Positions 1-10,873 of a DNA stretch of 64,000 nt are shown here, piece by piece (the first letter of the stretch is position 1; every line of letters begins with the position of its first letter). The DNA lies in the NCBI GenBank assembly GCA_965277715.1, contig OZ255836.1, positions 1,216,001-1,280,000 on the forward strand. The letters run 5' to 3'. The translations under genes and the position numbers were made by a program. The notes below the pieces were generated by a model. That model worked only from the letters and a program-made list of their open reading frames with translations, made no database searches and was not told the origin of the DNA. The stretch is from Gammaproteobacteria bacterium. GTDB taxonomy: Bacteria > Pseudomonadota > Gammaproteobacteria > JBCCGL01.

Positions 1-595
1 CCTGACACCACCAAAAACCTGGAAAGACCTGTTAAACCCTATGTACAAGGGTCACTTGATTATGCCTAATCCGAATTCATCCGGCACCGGCTTTCTCGAT
101 GTATCCAGTTGGTTGCAGATGTTTGGTGAGCAAGGCGGCTGGCGTTTTATGGACGGCCTGCACGACAACATCGCACGCTATACACACTCGGGTTCCAAGC
201 CCTGTAAATTAGCGGCTGCCGGTGAGATTCCGATTGGTATCTCCTTCGCTTTTCGCGGCGCAAAGTCAAAGGCCAAAGGCGCACCGATTGACATCATCGT
301 CCCTGAAGAGGGTGTGGGCTGGGATATGGAAGCCACCGCAATTATCGCTGGCACCGACAAACAGGCAGCGGCGCAAACACTGGTCGATTGGTCGATCACC
401 AAAAAAGCGAACCAGATGTACAACAAGGGTTACGCTGTCGTTGCCTACCCTGGTATTGCCAAGCCGGTTGAGCATTTCCCCAGCAACCTGCTGGAAAAAA
501 TGATCGACAACGATTTTGAATTTGCCGCCAATAACCGCAAGGCTATTCTGAGCGAATGGCAAAAGCGCTACGATTCAAAATCAGAACCAAAATAG
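1..595 (+). CDS. Putative 2-aminoethylphosphonate (or Fe3+/polyamine class) ABC transporter substrate-binding protein, PhnS2-like; 5'-truncated by the window edge
   Basis: MPNPNSSGTG and HSGSKPC motifs typical of the PhnS2 family; frame is open to the window start; followed by ATPase and permease genes. Confidence 0.8.
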   Translation, partial: LTPPKTWKDLLNPMYKGHLIMPNPNSSGTGFLDVSSWLQMFGEQGGWRFMDGLHDNIARYTHSGSKPCKLAAAGEIPIGISFAFRGAKSKAKGAPIDIIVPEEGVGWDMEATAIIAGTDKQAAAQTLVDWSITKKANQMYNKGYAVVAYPGIAKPVEHFPSNLLEKMIDNDFEFAANNRKAILSEWQKRYDSKSEPK

Positions 596-613
596 CATTT
601 ACCGCTAAACCCG

Positions 614-637
614 TTCCCCCTCTCTAAAGAGGGGGAA
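614..637. repeat. 10-bp perfect hairpin TTCCCCCTCT-CTAA-AGAGGGGGAA between the SBP and ATPase genes; probable mRNA-stabilising or attenuating stem
   Basis: Inverted repeat seen directly; no U-tract; function inferred from position. Confidence 0.55.
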
Positions 638-670
638 TGTTCACTGCCACCCTATAGATCACAACCATCC

Positions 671-1792
671 ATGCACTCTCCACGGCCCTATTTACAAATC
701 GATCGCCTGAGTAAAAAATTTGGTGATTTCGTTGCGCTTGACGAGGTATCACTCGACGTTGTTGAAGGCGAATTTATTTGTTTTCTTGGCCCATCGGGTT
801 GTGGCAAGACCACCTTCCTGCGCGCTATCGCCGGGCTGGATATCCAGACCTCCGGGACGGTTCAACAGGCGGGTAACGATATATCGGCACTGCCGCCATC
901 AGAGCGGGATTTTGGTATCGTCTTTCAATCCTATGCGCTGTTTCCCAATTTGACCGTAGAAAAAAATATCGCCTTTGGTCTGGAAAACCAAAAGATAGAC
1001 AAGCTTGATATTACCAGGCGCGTCGCTGAACTACTGGCGCTCGTCGGCCTGCCCGAGCAGGGCAAAAAATACCCCGCACAGCTTTCCGGTGGCCAACAAC
1101 AACGCATTGCACTGGCCAGGGCACTGGCCACCTCGCCGGGGTTATTGTTACTCGACGAACCGCTCTCAGCGCTCGATGCCAAGGTGCGCACCCATTTGCG
1201 CCATGAAATGAAAACCCTGCAGCGGCGGCTGGGCGTGACCACTATCATGGTAACCCACGACCAGGAAGAGGCACTGACGATGGCTGACCGTATCGTCGTG
1301 ATGAACCACGGTGTGATAGAGCAGGTCGGCACGCCCACAGAAATCTACCGTGAACCCAAAACCCTGTTTGTCGCCGATTTTATTGGTGAGATGAATCAGT
1401 TTAGCGGGAAAACAGTCAGCGAAAACAGTGTTAGCCTGGGCAACAGGGTATTGACGTCACAGCAAAATGCACTACAACCCGGCCAAACGGCAACGCTGGC
1501 GATTCGACCGGAGGACATCATCCCCCACGGTGAAGGGGCGCGCTCACCCGGCGCACCCGATAATGTCGCAGAGACAGATAATGTGTTTGACGCGACTGTC
1601 GAAGATATGGAGTTCCTGGGGTCATTTTGGCGCGTTTCACTGTGTAATGAGACGCTGGGCGATGTGACCTTAGCGGCGGATATGTCGATTAACGCCGTGC
1701 GACGTATGAACATAGCCGTAGGGGAATCGGTAACGCTGGAGCTACCGGCAGACAGGCTATGGGTGTTTCCCAGCAGTATCGGTAGTGCCTGA
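671..1792 (+). CDS. ABC transporter ATP-binding protein, PhnT2-like, with C-terminal TOBE domain
   Basis: Walker A GPSGCGKT, signature LSGGQQQR, Walker B LLLLDE. Confidence 0.9.
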   Translation: MHSPRPYLQIDRLSKKFGDFVALDEVSLDVVEGEFICFLGPSGCGKTTFLRAIAGLDIQTSGTVQQAGNDISALPPSERDFGIVFQSYALFPNLTVEKNIAFGLENQKIDKLDITRRVAELLALVGLPEQGKKYPAQLSGGQQQRIALARALATSPGLLLLDEPLSALDAKVRTHLRHEMKTLQRRLGVTTIMVTHDQEEALTMADRIVVMNHGVIEQVGTPTEIYREPKTLFVADFIGEMNQFSGKTVSENSVSLGNRVLTSQQNALQPGQTATLAIRPEDIIPHGEGARSPGAPDNVAETDNVFDATVEDMEFLGSFWRVSLCNETLGDVTLAADMSINAVRRMNIAVGESVTLELPADRLWVFPSSIGSA

Positions 1793-3804
1793 TGAACCCT
1801 GCCACGGCAACCGACCACCGGCCCATAGCGCCACTCATTACCCCTAAAACCAGCAAGGATGACCGCATTATGACCGGCTATATGCTGGTTATCGGTCTGT
1901 ACCTGATCATTGCCCTGGCATTGCCTTTGTACGCGATGTTATCGAAATCATTTTCGACATTCGCCTTTGATCTCGGCAACTTTGAGTTTCAGGTGAACAC
2001 AGGGGATGGTTGGAGTGAACCTGTCAGCGCATTGTCACTCAACCAACAGCTAAACCTTGTCACCGCTGAAGAACTCGCGACCAGCTCCGACGGCAGATTG
2101 TCGGTGACCACTTTTTTTCCCGATTTCAGTTTTCGCAGCTCCACCCGCTACAAGCTGCGCCAGATCAATGCCGACAGTGCGTTTCTCGTCGGTAGCGAGC
2201 GCGTCGCCGATACACAGTGGCACGAATTTGAATCGAACCAATTCAGGCGCGTCGTGCTGCGCCCATCGCGCTCGACCGGGCTGGATAACTACCGTGCCTA
2301 TTTCTCGACCCCCTCGCTGTTTCGCTCGATTGAAAATTCGCTGTTTATCGCCGCGATCAGCACTGTCATTACCGTTGCACTGGCGTTTGGTTTTGCCTAC
2401 GCCCTGACGCGCAGTACCATGCGCTTTAAAGGCGTATTCAGGCTTATCGCCATGGCACCTATTTTAGTCCCCTCGCTGTTGCCGGGCATCGCGCTGGTTT
2501 ACCTGTTTGGCAATCAGGGAATGCTCAAGGCGCTGCTGCTGGGAGAGTCGATATACGGCCCTATCGGTATTGTCATCGGCTCGGTGTTTTTCACCTTTCC
2601 ACACGCCTTGATTATCATTACCACCGCACTGGCTATTTCTGATGCCCGCCTCTACGAAGCGGCTATTTCCCTGCGCGCCAACCGTTGGAAAACCTTTTGG
2701 ACGGTGACGATTCCCGGTGCGCGTTACGGGCTAATTTCAGCGGCATTTGTCGTTTTTAACCTGGTGATCACCGACTTTGGCCTGCCCAAGGTGATCGGTG
2801 GGCAATACAATATGCTCGCGGTGGACATCTACAAACAAGTCATCGGTCAGCAAAATTTTGAGATGGGTGCCGTCGTTTCTGTTGTGCTGTTGATTCCCGC
2901 ACTACTGGCATTCACTATTGACCGGGTTGTACAGAAAAAACAAGTGGCCCTGCTCTCGTCCAGGTCTGTGCCCTATCAACCAAGGCCGCACCGGCAATTT
3001 GATTTCATCTGTTTGTTCTACTGTCTGTTGGTAGCAGTATTTATCGTTGGCCTGGTCGCTGTCTGTCAGTATGCCGCGCTGATAAAATTCTGGCCGTATG
3101 ATTTAAGCTTAAGCCTGGTCAATTACAATTTTGAGGTAATGGATGGCGGTGGTTGGGGTTCGTATTTCAATTCCATACGCCTGGCGTTATTCACGGCGGT
3201 AGCGGGTACTGTGTTGGTTTTTTGTGGTGCTTATATGGTGGAGAAAACCAACGGTTTTTTTGCCACCCGCTCGGCCTTTCAGTTTCTCGCCATGATGCCG
3301 ATGGCGATTCCCGGCATGGTATTGGGCCTGGCGTATATCTTTTTCTTTAACGACCCTGCCAATCCATTGAACAGCCTTTATGCGACGATGGGTATTTTGG
3401 TGATTTGTACTGTCACGCACTTTTATACTGTTTCTCACCTGACAGCCGTCACCGCATTAAAGCAAATGGACAAAGAGTTCGAATCGGTTGCCTCCTCGCT
3501 GAAACAACCGTTTTATAAATTGTTCTCCAAGGTCACTGTGCCCGTGTGTTTACCGGCGATACTGGATATTTCTATTTATTTATTTGTCAATGCAATGACA
3601 ACTGTGTCGGCGGTGATTTTCCTGTATTCGCCAGATACGACGCTGGCATCCGTGGCGGTGTTGAATATGGATGATGCCGGTGATGTGGCGCCCGCTGCGG
3701 CGATGGGGATGATGATTTTTTATACCAATGTAACAGCGCGTGTTATCCACCTTTTTATTACCCGTAAGGTTATGGGCAGGACACAAGCCTGGCGTATGCA
3801 TTAG
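1792..3804 (+). CDS. ABC transporter permease, PhnU2-like, two fused BPD_transp domains
   Basis: Many TM helices, two EAA-type loops (LYEAAISLRA, FESVASSLK), NMDDAGD motif; TGATG overlap with the ATPase stop. Confidence 0.85.
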   Translation: MNPATATDHRPIAPLITPKTSKDDRIMTGYMLVIGLYLIIALALPLYAMLSKSFSTFAFDLGNFEFQVNTGDGWSEPVSALSLNQQLNLVTAEELATSSDGRLSVTTFFPDFSFRSSTRYKLRQINADSAFLVGSERVADTQWHEFESNQFRRVVLRPSRSTGLDNYRAYFSTPSLFRSIENSLFIAAISTVITVALAFGFAYALTRSTMRFKGVFRLIAMAPILVPSLLPGIALVYLFGNQGMLKALLLGESIYGPIGIVIGSVFFTFPHALIIITTALAISDARLYEAAISLRANRWKTFWTVTIPGARYGLISAAFVVFNLVITDFGLPKVIGGQYNMLAVDIYKQVIGQQNFEMGAVVSVVLLIPALLAFTIDRVVQKKQVALLSSRSVPYQPRPHRQFDFICLFYCLLVAVFIVGLVAVCQYAALIKFWPYDLSLSLVNYNFEVMDGGGWGSYFNSIRLALFTAVAGTVLVFCGAYMVEKTNGFFATRSAFQFLAMMPMAIPGMVLGLAYIFFFNDPANPLNSLYATMGILVICTVTHFYTVSHLTAVTALKQMDKEFESVASSLKQPFYKLFSKVTVPVCLPAILDISIYLFVNAMTTVSAVIFLYSPDTTLASVAVLNMDDAGDVAPAAAMGMMIFYTNVTARVIHLFITRKVMGRTQAWRMH

Positions 3805-3870
3805 TTGTAAGTGGTAGCGTAGGGTTCAGATCAGACAAAACCTAGCTTAAGTGTAAGTGTCAAATATAGA

Positions 3871-5523
3871 CTACTGTCGCAAGCGACTACTACGCAACTG
3901 CCCCGCCTCCTCCAGTATCGGATAAGCCACCGAGACAAGGTGCGAGTTAACCCGTTTTAAATCGCGCAGCACATCCAACTGTAATGCGCTTAATTCCGCG
4001 TTGTAACTCACATCCTCGCGGAGTTTTTTCAGGTGGTTGGTGGTCGCCTGTCGTTCGAGCTTTCGGTATTTGTACTTGCGGGCCACGAGTTGGCGTGCCA
4101 TCTCAACATTGCCACTCATAAAAACCCCCAATGAAAGCCGAAAATTTTCCAACACAGGTTGATACAGACTATTGATATCCTCGCGATCCTGTAGTGACAT
4201 TTTCGCCCGCGTTTCGACTTTCTTGCGCACGATGTTATCGATCATATTCACGGCGATAATATCGCCAATATGTTCGAGATTAGTCGTGAACGTGAGGATA
4301 TCCGAGCAGCGTTTGCTCTCTGCCTCGCCGAGAGATTCACGGCTAAGCTTGGTCAAATACAATTTAATCGCATCGTAAAAGACATCGATCACATCATCGA
4401 GTTGATTGGTATAGCGGGCGAGATCCTTATCATTCTTTTTTAACGCGATAAAGGCATTGCGAAACATTCGCTCGACTATTTCACCCATGCGCAACGCTTC
4501 CCGTTCAGCATTAATCAAGGCAACCGGCGGGGTTTCAAAGGCAGAGCGATCCAGGTACATCGGTTTAAATTCATTGTCCTTGCTTTCTTCGGCGGGTATC
4601 AACCGCTCAGTAACCCGGGTCATCGCGCTCACTAACGGCAGAAAAATAATCGCCAGTGCAATATTGAATGCCGTGTGAAAATTCGCTATCTGGCGGCTGC
4701 TCTCAGTGCCCAGTGTCGGCATTAAATCGACAAACAGGTTAATAAACGGCAGCGCAACAATCACCCCTATCAACCGGAACAACAGATTACCCAATGGCGG
4801 GCGGCGCGCTTCCGGCTCGGCACCCAGGGTAGCCATCAAGGGGGGAATAGCGCCACCCACATTGGCGCCGAGCACCAACGCAAAAGACAGCGGTATGTTG
4901 ATAACACCCGTACCGGCGAGCGCAATAATCAATAATACTGTGGCCAGGCTGGAATGCGCCGCCCAGGCAATCAATGCCGCAACAAGTGTCGCAAACAGAA
5001 GATCCTGACTCAACGAGGCAAGCAATGCCTGCACGACCTCTGAATCACGCATCGGCAATGATGCCGCTACGATCAACTTCAGCGCCAGCAGCATTAAACC
5101 AAGCCCCAACGCTATTCTGCCAATTTCACGCGTGCGTCCCCCGCCTTTGGAATACGAAAAAAGGGCGACACCCAAGGCAATCAGCGCGGGAGATAAAACC
5201 GATAAATCGAAGGTGAGGAGTTGTGCCACCAGTGTCGTACCGACATCGGCACCGAGTAGCACGGCCAGTGCAGGCGCCGTGGCGAGCAAACCCTGACCAC
5301 TAAATGACGCGGTGAGCAGTGCTGTTGCACTACTGCTCTGTAATAAGACAGTGACGCCAAGGCCGGCAAAAAAAGCATTAAATCGACTGGAGAGGCTCCG
5401 ACCAAGTAAGCGGCGTACCTCACTTCCCCAACCGTCAGTCACACCGATACGCACCAGACGCAACCCCCAAAGCAGCAACGCGACGCCGCCCATCAGGTTA
5501 ACCAATACTGCACTGCCGTTAAT
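3871..5523 (-). CDS. Na+/Pi cotransporter family protein with C-terminal PhoU domains; probable ATT start at 5523, alternative TTG at 5505
   Basis: QSSSAT and HSSLAT repeats, GADVGT/GANVG motifs, NLEHIGD in PhoU region. Confidence 0.9.
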   Translation of the reverse strand: MNGSAVLVNLMGGVALLLWGLRLVRIGVTDGWGSEVRRLLGRSLSSRFNAFFAGLGVTVLLQSSSATALLTASFSGQGLLATAPALAVLLGADVGTTLVAQLLTFDLSVLSPALIALGVALFSYSKGGGRTREIGRIALGLGLMLLALKLIVAASLPMRDSEVVQALLASLSQDLLFATLVAALIAWAAHSSLATVLLIIALAGTGVINIPLSFALVLGANVGGAIPPLMATLGAEPEARRPPLGNLLFRLIGVIVALPFINLFVDLMPTLGTESSRQIANFHTAFNIALAIIFLPLVSAMTRVTERLIPAEESKDNEFKPMYLDRSAFETPPVALINAEREALRMGEIVERMFRNAFIALKKNDKDLARYTNQLDDVIDVFYDAIKLYLTKLSRESLGEAESKRCSDILTFTTNLEHIGDIIAVNMIDNIVRKKVETRAKMSLQDREDINSLYQPVLENFRLSLGVFMSGNVEMARQLVARKYKYRKLERQATTNHLKKLREDVSYNAELSALQLDVLRDLKRVNSHLVSVAYPILEEAGQLRSSRLRQ

Positions 5524-5576
5524 CGTTGATGCTCCGTAAGCGTTATTTTAATTAAAGCGAATAGTAATAATAATGC

Positions 5577-5599
5577 ATTAAAACCAGAACGGTTTTAAT
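5577..5599. promoter_or_regulatory. Palindrome ATTAAAACC-AGAAC-GGTTTTAAT upstream of the Na/Pi cotransporter; candidate operator
   Basis: 9-bp perfect inverted repeat in an AT-rich intergenic region; regulator unknown. Confidence 0.35.
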
Positions 5600-5697
5600 C
5601 TAAAGTCATCTAAACATTAGCATTATAGCGTTTAAAGCAATTATTTTTCTGTATTTTTCATGCAATATGTCACACTAACAAATATATTGCGCGCTTA

Positions 5698-7053
5698 TCA
5701 GGTTTCATCCTCACTGCCATCCGGTAATTTTTTTTGCACTTTAGCGCCCAGTTGTTCAATTTTTCGTGCACGCCCCACCAGGTTTCCCCTGCCGGTTTCA
5801 AGTTTCTTTTTCGCTTCCTGATACGTTGTGGCAGCCACATCAATCTGCCGACCCAATTTATCCAGGTCATCAACAAAGTTGACAAATTTATCCAGCATAT
5901 TGCCCGCCTGGCGGGATATTTCATGTGCATTTTTACTCTGCGAATCAGACCGCCAGATATTCTGCACAGTACGGCAGGCCATCAATAAAGTGGTGGGGCT
6001 GACAATAAAAATATTCTTTTCGTATGCCTCCTGAAAAATATCGGGTGCCTGTGAAAAAGCGGTATGCAAGGCGGGCTCTATCGGTACAAATAGCAAGACA
6101 AAATCCAGTGTATTAATACCCTCCAGCGTTTGGTAAGACTTTTCACTGAGTGACTTGACATGCAGCCGCAATGACTGCACATGGCGCTTGATCGCCGCAT
6201 CACGCGCCTCACCCGGCGCCAGCGACATGGCCTCTTCATAGGCGGTCAATGAGACCTTGGAATCGACAATCAAGTCGTGCTTATCCGGCATATGGATCAC
6301 GACATCGGGCCTCGAATGCCCGCCCTCTTCCCGGTTTAACTGCACTTCACGGTGAAACTCTTCACCTTCGCGCAGACCGGCGTCTTCGAGAATGCGCTCT
6401 AAAACAATCTCGCCCCAGTTGCCCCGCGTTTTACTTTCACCTTTCAACGCATTGGTCAGGTTAATCGCATCCTGGCTGATGCGTTCGTTAAGCCCTTTGA
6501 GGTGCAGTATTTCATTGGCAAGCTGCGCCCGGTCTTTGGTTTCTTTGTCGTAAACGTCTTCCACGCGCTTTTTAAAATCACCCAATTGCTGGCGCAGTGG
6601 GCTTAATATATTGTCGATGTTTTGCCGGTTTTGGTGGGTGAATTTTTCACTCTTTTCATCGAGAATTTTTTGTGCCAGGTTTTCAAACGTCTCTTTTAGT
6701 TGTTCTTTTTGTTGTTGCTGAACATGCAACTTCTCTGTGGTTTGTCTGCGCTCCGCTGCCAGCTCGGTTGTCAGGGAGGCAACCCTGGCCTGCAAATCGC
6801 CACTTGTCTGGTTAGTCGTTTTCAGTTCAATACGCAGTGTATCAATCGTCTGTTGCGCATTGCCAAGTTGTGATTCGCGCTCTGCCAGGCGCTCACTGGC
6901 ATGTTTGTTAGCCGCTGTCTGCAATGTCAGCAATGCATTGTATTTGCCTTTAAAAAAAACAATTGACACGACAGCCGTGAACAGCAAACCAATTGCCATA
7001 CCTATCAACAAAATATAAAGCGGTGGTAGTACATTTAAGTCGGTCAACACCAT
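5698..7053 (-). CDS. rmuC: DNA recombination protein RmuC
   Basis: N-terminal TM, coiled coil, RGNWGE, RPD..IVDSK, SPTTL motifs; start moved to ATG 7053 to avoid overlap with the next gene. Confidence 0.93.
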   Translation of the reverse strand: MVLTDLNVLPPLYILLIGMAIGLLFTAVVSIVFFKGKYNALLTLQTAANKHASERLAERESQLGNAQQTIDTLRIELKTTNQTSGDLQARVASLTTELAAERRQTTEKLHVQQQQKEQLKETFENLAQKILDEKSEKFTHQNRQNIDNILSPLRQQLGDFKKRVEDVYDKETKDRAQLANEILHLKGLNERISQDAINLTNALKGESKTRGNWGEIVLERILEDAGLREGEEFHREVQLNREEGGHSRPDVVIHMPDKHDLIVDSKVSLTAYEEAMSLAPGEARDAAIKRHVQSLRLHVKSLSEKSYQTLEGINTLDFVLLFVPIEPALHTAFSQAPDIFQEAYEKNIFIVSPTTLLMACRTVQNIWRSDSQSKNAHEISRQAGNMLDKFVNFVDDLDKLGRQIDVAATTYQEAKKKLETGRGNLVGRARKIEQLGAKVQKKLPDGSEDET

Positions 7054-7141
7054 AGGGAGGAGTACCTTAAAAAGTAGTCGGTTTCCATTATCAGACTGGC
7101 TTATAATGGTAAAAGCTAATGATACATTACTGTACAAAACC

Positions 7142-7327
7142 ATGAACAAACAGTTATTAGAAATCCTCGTTTGCCCGGTAACTAAAACGCGGTTAGTTCA
7201 CAAGCGCGACGAATTGTGGAATCACGCCAGTGGCCTGGCCTACCCGATACGCAACAGTATCCCGGTAATGCTGGAAGACGAGGCGAGGCATCTGACATTA
7301 GAAGAAGTCGAATCGATAAAACCCTGA
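7142..7327 (+). CDS. Trm112/YcaR (UPF0434) family protein
   Basis: [11 protein letters not shown]...[17 protein letters not shown]. Confidence 0.9.
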   Translation: MNKQLLEILVCPVTKTRLVHKRDELWNHASGLAYPIRNSIPVMLEDEARHLTLEEVESIKP

Positions 7328-7338
7328 CACATTCGATA

Positions 7339-8436
7339 ATGTCGCAGCACTCCTCGTCACAACACCCTGCGCTTATAAAAGGCCTTATCAAGGGGCGCGG
7401 CGCAATCAGTAATACCAGCGGTCGCTACCAGGCAACGGGTATAGAGGCGTTTGATGACGGTTGGGATATCCCCGAAGACGAATACAAACCCAAAACACAG
7501 GTGCAGACTGATGCCAGCCGCAGTGTGCTGGTGTACAACCAATCCCCGGACTTACCCTTCGACCGTTCAGTCAACCCTTACCGGGGGTGTGAACACGGTT
7601 GCATCTATTGTTTTGCCCGCCCCACTCACGCGTATCTGGGCTTATCACCTGGGCTGGACTTTGAAACGCAGTTATTCAGTAAACCGCAGGCCGCCCCGCT
7701 GCTCGACAAAACCCTGCGCAAGCCAGGTTACACCTGCAAACCACTTGCCCTGGGGGTTAACACCGATGGTTATCAACCCATTGAGCGCCAGTTAAAAATA
7801 ACCCGTTCTGTACTGGAGGTGCTGCGCAATTTTAACCACCCGGTATCGATCATCACCAAATCGGCACTGATCGAGCGGGACATCGATATTCTCGCCACAA
7901 TGGCGCAATGTAATCTGGTTTCAGTCTGTATCAGTGTAACGACGCTGGATGCGGGTATTGCCCGCACGCTGGAGCCCCGTGCGGCAGCACCGCACCGACG
8001 GTTGCTGACGATTCAACGTTTGAGTGAGGCGGGCATCCCTGTATCGGTATTAGTGGCCCCTGTTATCCCGGTACTCACCGACCCGGAGCTGGATACTATT
8101 TTGCACCGGGTGGCCGGTGCCGGTGCCCGTGCCGCAGAATATATATTACTGCGCCTGCCACTGGAGATCAGTGATCTGTTTCAGCAGTGGCTGCACACGC
8201 ATTACCCGTTAAAGGCAGAACATATTATGGCACGCGTGCGGGATACGCGTGGCGGTAAGGATTACGACAGCCGGTTTGGCAAGCGCATGAGTGGAACAGG
8301 CCCGTTTGCAGATATTATTGCGCAGCGTTTCTCGTTGGCGTGTAAAAAACAGGGCTTGCAGCGGCGGGAATTGTCATTGAATTGTGACGCGTTTAGTGTG
8401 CCTATTCGCTCGGGCGAACAGATCGCACTATTTTAG
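7339..8436 (+). CDS. PA0069/Rv2578c family radical SAM protein (spore photoproduct lyase-like)
   Basis: KGRGA, NPYRGCEHGCIYCFARP (CxxxCxxC), GLDFET motifs. Confidence 0.92.
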   Translation: MSQHSSSQHPALIKGLIKGRGAISNTSGRYQATGIEAFDDGWDIPEDEYKPKTQVQTDASRSVLVYNQSPDLPFDRSVNPYRGCEHGCIYCFARPTHAYLGLSPGLDFETQLFSKPQAAPLLDKTLRKPGYTCKPLALGVNTDGYQPIERQLKITRSVLEVLRNFNHPVSIITKSALIERDIDILATMAQCNLVSVCISVTTLDAGIARTLEPRAAAPHRRLLTIQRLSEAGIPVSVLVAPVIPVLTDPELDTILHRVAGAGARAAEYILLRLPLEISDLFQQWLHTHYPLKAEHIMARVRDTRGGKDYDSRFGKRMSGTGPFADIIAQRFSLACKKQGLQRRELSLNCDAFSVPIRSGEQIALF

Positions 8437-8452
8437 TCTAAACGCTATCCCC

Positions 8453-10873
8453 TCAAGCCCTTAGCCGCTCCCCCTGCGCATCAAACGGTGGTTGCTCCAA
8501 CAACACGCCCCGGTGTGGTTGACCCAAAACAGCAATTTCAAACACATCGCCAGGCCGGTAGTACTCAGCCTTAACAAACCCCATGCCCAACGACTGCTGC
8601 ACTGTGTGTCCATACGCACCAGACGAAATGCGCCCAACCGGCGTACCATCGCGTGCGAAGATCGGCTCACCGCCCACTGCATCGGCATTTTCCACATCGA
8701 TTGAAAACAATCCCAGTTTCTCCCGTGGCGCTTTATCGGCTATTGCCCTATACGCATCACGACCGAGAAAATCACCTTTGGACAGCTTTATCAGGCGGTC
8801 CAGCCCCACTTCCTGTGGCCAGTACTCTGGCGAGTATTCCCGCCCCCAGCTACCGTACCCCTTCTCAACGCGTAGCGACAATAATGCACGCGATCCCACA
8901 GGCACTGCGCCATACGCTTCGCCTGCGGCAAAAATCGCCTGGTATAAGGAGAGCTGATGCTGTTGTGGTACATACACTTCATAGCCTAAATCACCGGTAA
9001 ACGAGACCCGGATAACGGTTGCCGCTATTCCAGCAACATGCATACGGCGTGAGCGCATAAACGGAAACGCACTCCCCGGCAATGCATCCTCCACCAGTGA
9101 CTCAAGCAGAGCGCGGGCATTGGGACCGGCGATATTGAAACCTGTCATAGCGTCAGAAACACAGGTAAACGTGGTGTGTTCCGGCAGGGGCACTGCGTTG
9201 AAATAGCGTTGGTGATAGCGCTCAGCGATACCTGAACCGACCATAAAATAATGCGCTTCATCCAACTTGGTAACAGTAAAATCACCGGCAATGCCACCGC
9301 GCACACTGAGTAATGGCGATAAACACGTGCGCCCCGTTTCGCTGGGAATGGTGTTGGCAAGCACACTGTTTAACCAGGCAAACGCCCCACTGCCTTTTAT
9401 TTCATACTTGGCAAAATTGGAAATATCGATGATGCCCACGCTGTCACGCAGCGCCCGGCACTCCAGGCCGACCGGCGCAAACCAGTTTTGCCGTTCAAAG
9501 CCATAGGTTTCAATGGCTTCACGGGGGCTTGATGCATACCACAAAGGGTGCTCCCAGCCATAGCTGAGGCCAAACACTGCACCGTTTTGTTTTTGATGTT
9601 CATACACCGGGCGGGTTTTAACCGGCCTGCCCGCCGCACGCTCTTCGTAGGGGAAATGAATTTTGAAGCGGTGTGTATAGCAGTCAAACGCACGTGCTTT
9701 GGTAAATGATGGATTAGCCCAGCGGCCAAAACGCGCCATATCCCACGGAAACAAATCGTACTCAGGCTCACCCTCAATGATCCACTGCGCCAGTGCAAGC
9801 CCCAGGCCACCTGACTGGCTAAAGCCAGGAATAATGCCGTTACAGCAGAAATAGTTTTTTAACTCCGGTACAGGGCCAAGCAGTGCAGACGAATCCGGCG
9901 ACCAGATCATCGGCCCATTGATAACCCGCTTTACGCCAGCTTCACTCAATAATGGCAACCGTTCACAGGCACGCATGACATTATCGCCAATCCTGTCCAG
10001 ATCATCCGGCAATAGTTCATGGCCAAAATTAAGTGGCGTGCCGTGTTCAGCCCAGAAACGCCCATCCTGCTCGTAGGCGCCCACCAGCATTCCCTGGCCC
10101 TCCTGGCGCATGTAATACTCGCCATCCCTATCGGCCACCAGTGGCAGTTCGCCTGCCCGCCCGGCAAATTCAGGTATATCCTCTGTGACAAAGTATTGGT
10201 GCTCCATCGTCATTAAAGGCAATTCAAACCCTGCCAGCCCGGCGACCTCTCTGCCCCAAAGACCGGCGGCATTAACCACAACATCGGCTTTGATAGTGCC
10301 CTTGTCAGTGACTACATCCCAACCACCACTAGCCAATTGAGTGGTTTCGATCACGGGGGTAAAGCGGTGGATCTCCGCACCCATCTGGCGGGCGCCAGCC
10401 GCGTAGGCATGCGTTACCCCGGATGGATCGACATGCCCTGCATCGGCTTCATACATTGCCGCATAAACACCATCGAGGTTTAAAAATGGGTGCAATGCCT
10501 GTGCTTCATCAATCGATACCTCGTAAAAATCCACACCAAAAAAACGGGCCTTTGCCGCCTGTATGCGCAATTGATGCATACGCTCTTTGGTCGCTGCCAA
10601 ATACAACGAACCGGGCCTGTGCAGACCACACGACTGGCCGGTCTCTTTTTCCAACGAGGGATAAAGCTGCATGGTGTAATACTGTAGGCGAGAGATATTA
10701 TTGATATCGTGTAGACCGTGTGTACCCGCTGCCGCATGCCAGGTTGACCCCGATGTCAACTCATCGCGCTCTAGCAATACGACATCTGTCCACCCCAGTT
10801 TGCAGAGGTGATAGAGAATACTGCACCCAACCAAACCGCCGCCGATAACCACAACCTGCGCATTGCTTTTCAA
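8453..10873 (-). CDS. GcvT-family FAD/folate-dependent dimethylglycine/sarcosine dehydrogenase
   Basis: IGGGLVG FAD motif, SGSTWHAAA, C-terminal GcvT domain (LRVEKGY); TTG start at 10873 follows a GAGGT RBS. Confidence 0.88.
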   Translation of the reverse strand: MKSNAQVVVIGGGLVGCSILYHLCKLGWTDVVLLERDELTSGSTWHAAAGTHGLHDINNISRLQYYTMQLYPSLEKETGQSCGLHRPGSLYLAATKERMHQLRIQAAKARFFGVDFYEVSIDEAQALHPFLNLDGVYAAMYEADAGHVDPSGVTHAYAAGARQMGAEIHRFTPVIETTQLASGGWDVVTDKGTIKADVVVNAAGLWGREVAGLAGFELPLMTMEHQYFVTEDIPEFAGRAGELPLVADRDGEYYMRQEGQGMLVGAYEQDGRFWAEHGTPLNFGHELLPDDLDRIGDNVMRACERLPLLSEAGVKRVINGPMIWSPDSSALLGPVPELKNYFCCNGIIPGFSQSGGLGLALAQWIIEGEPEYDLFPWDMARFGRWANPSFTKARAFDCYTHRFKIHFPYEERAAGRPVKTRPVYEHQKQNGAVFGLSYGWEHPLWYASSPREAIETYGFERQNWFAPVGLECRALRDSVGIIDISNFAKYEIKGSGAFAWLNSVLANTIPSETGRTCLSPLLSVRGGIAGDFTVTKLDEAHYFMVGSGIAERYHQRYFNAVPLPEHTTFTCVSDAMTGFNIAGPNARALLESLVEDALPGSAFPFMRSRRMHVAGIAATVIRVSFTGDLGYEVYVPQQHQLSLYQAIFAAGEAYGAVPVGSRALLSLRVEKGYGSWGREYSPEYWPQEVGLDRLIKLSKGDFLGRDAYRAIADKAPREKLGLFSIDVENADAVGGEPIFARDGTPVGRISSGAYGHTVQQSLGMGFVKAEYYRPGDVFEIAVLGQPHRGVLLEQPPFDAQGERLRA

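Noticed and set aside
5655-5673. Pho box upstream of the Na/Pi cotransporter
   Set aside because: TCAT...TCAC half-sites are 12 bp apart rather than 11, match weakly and lie on the wrong strand
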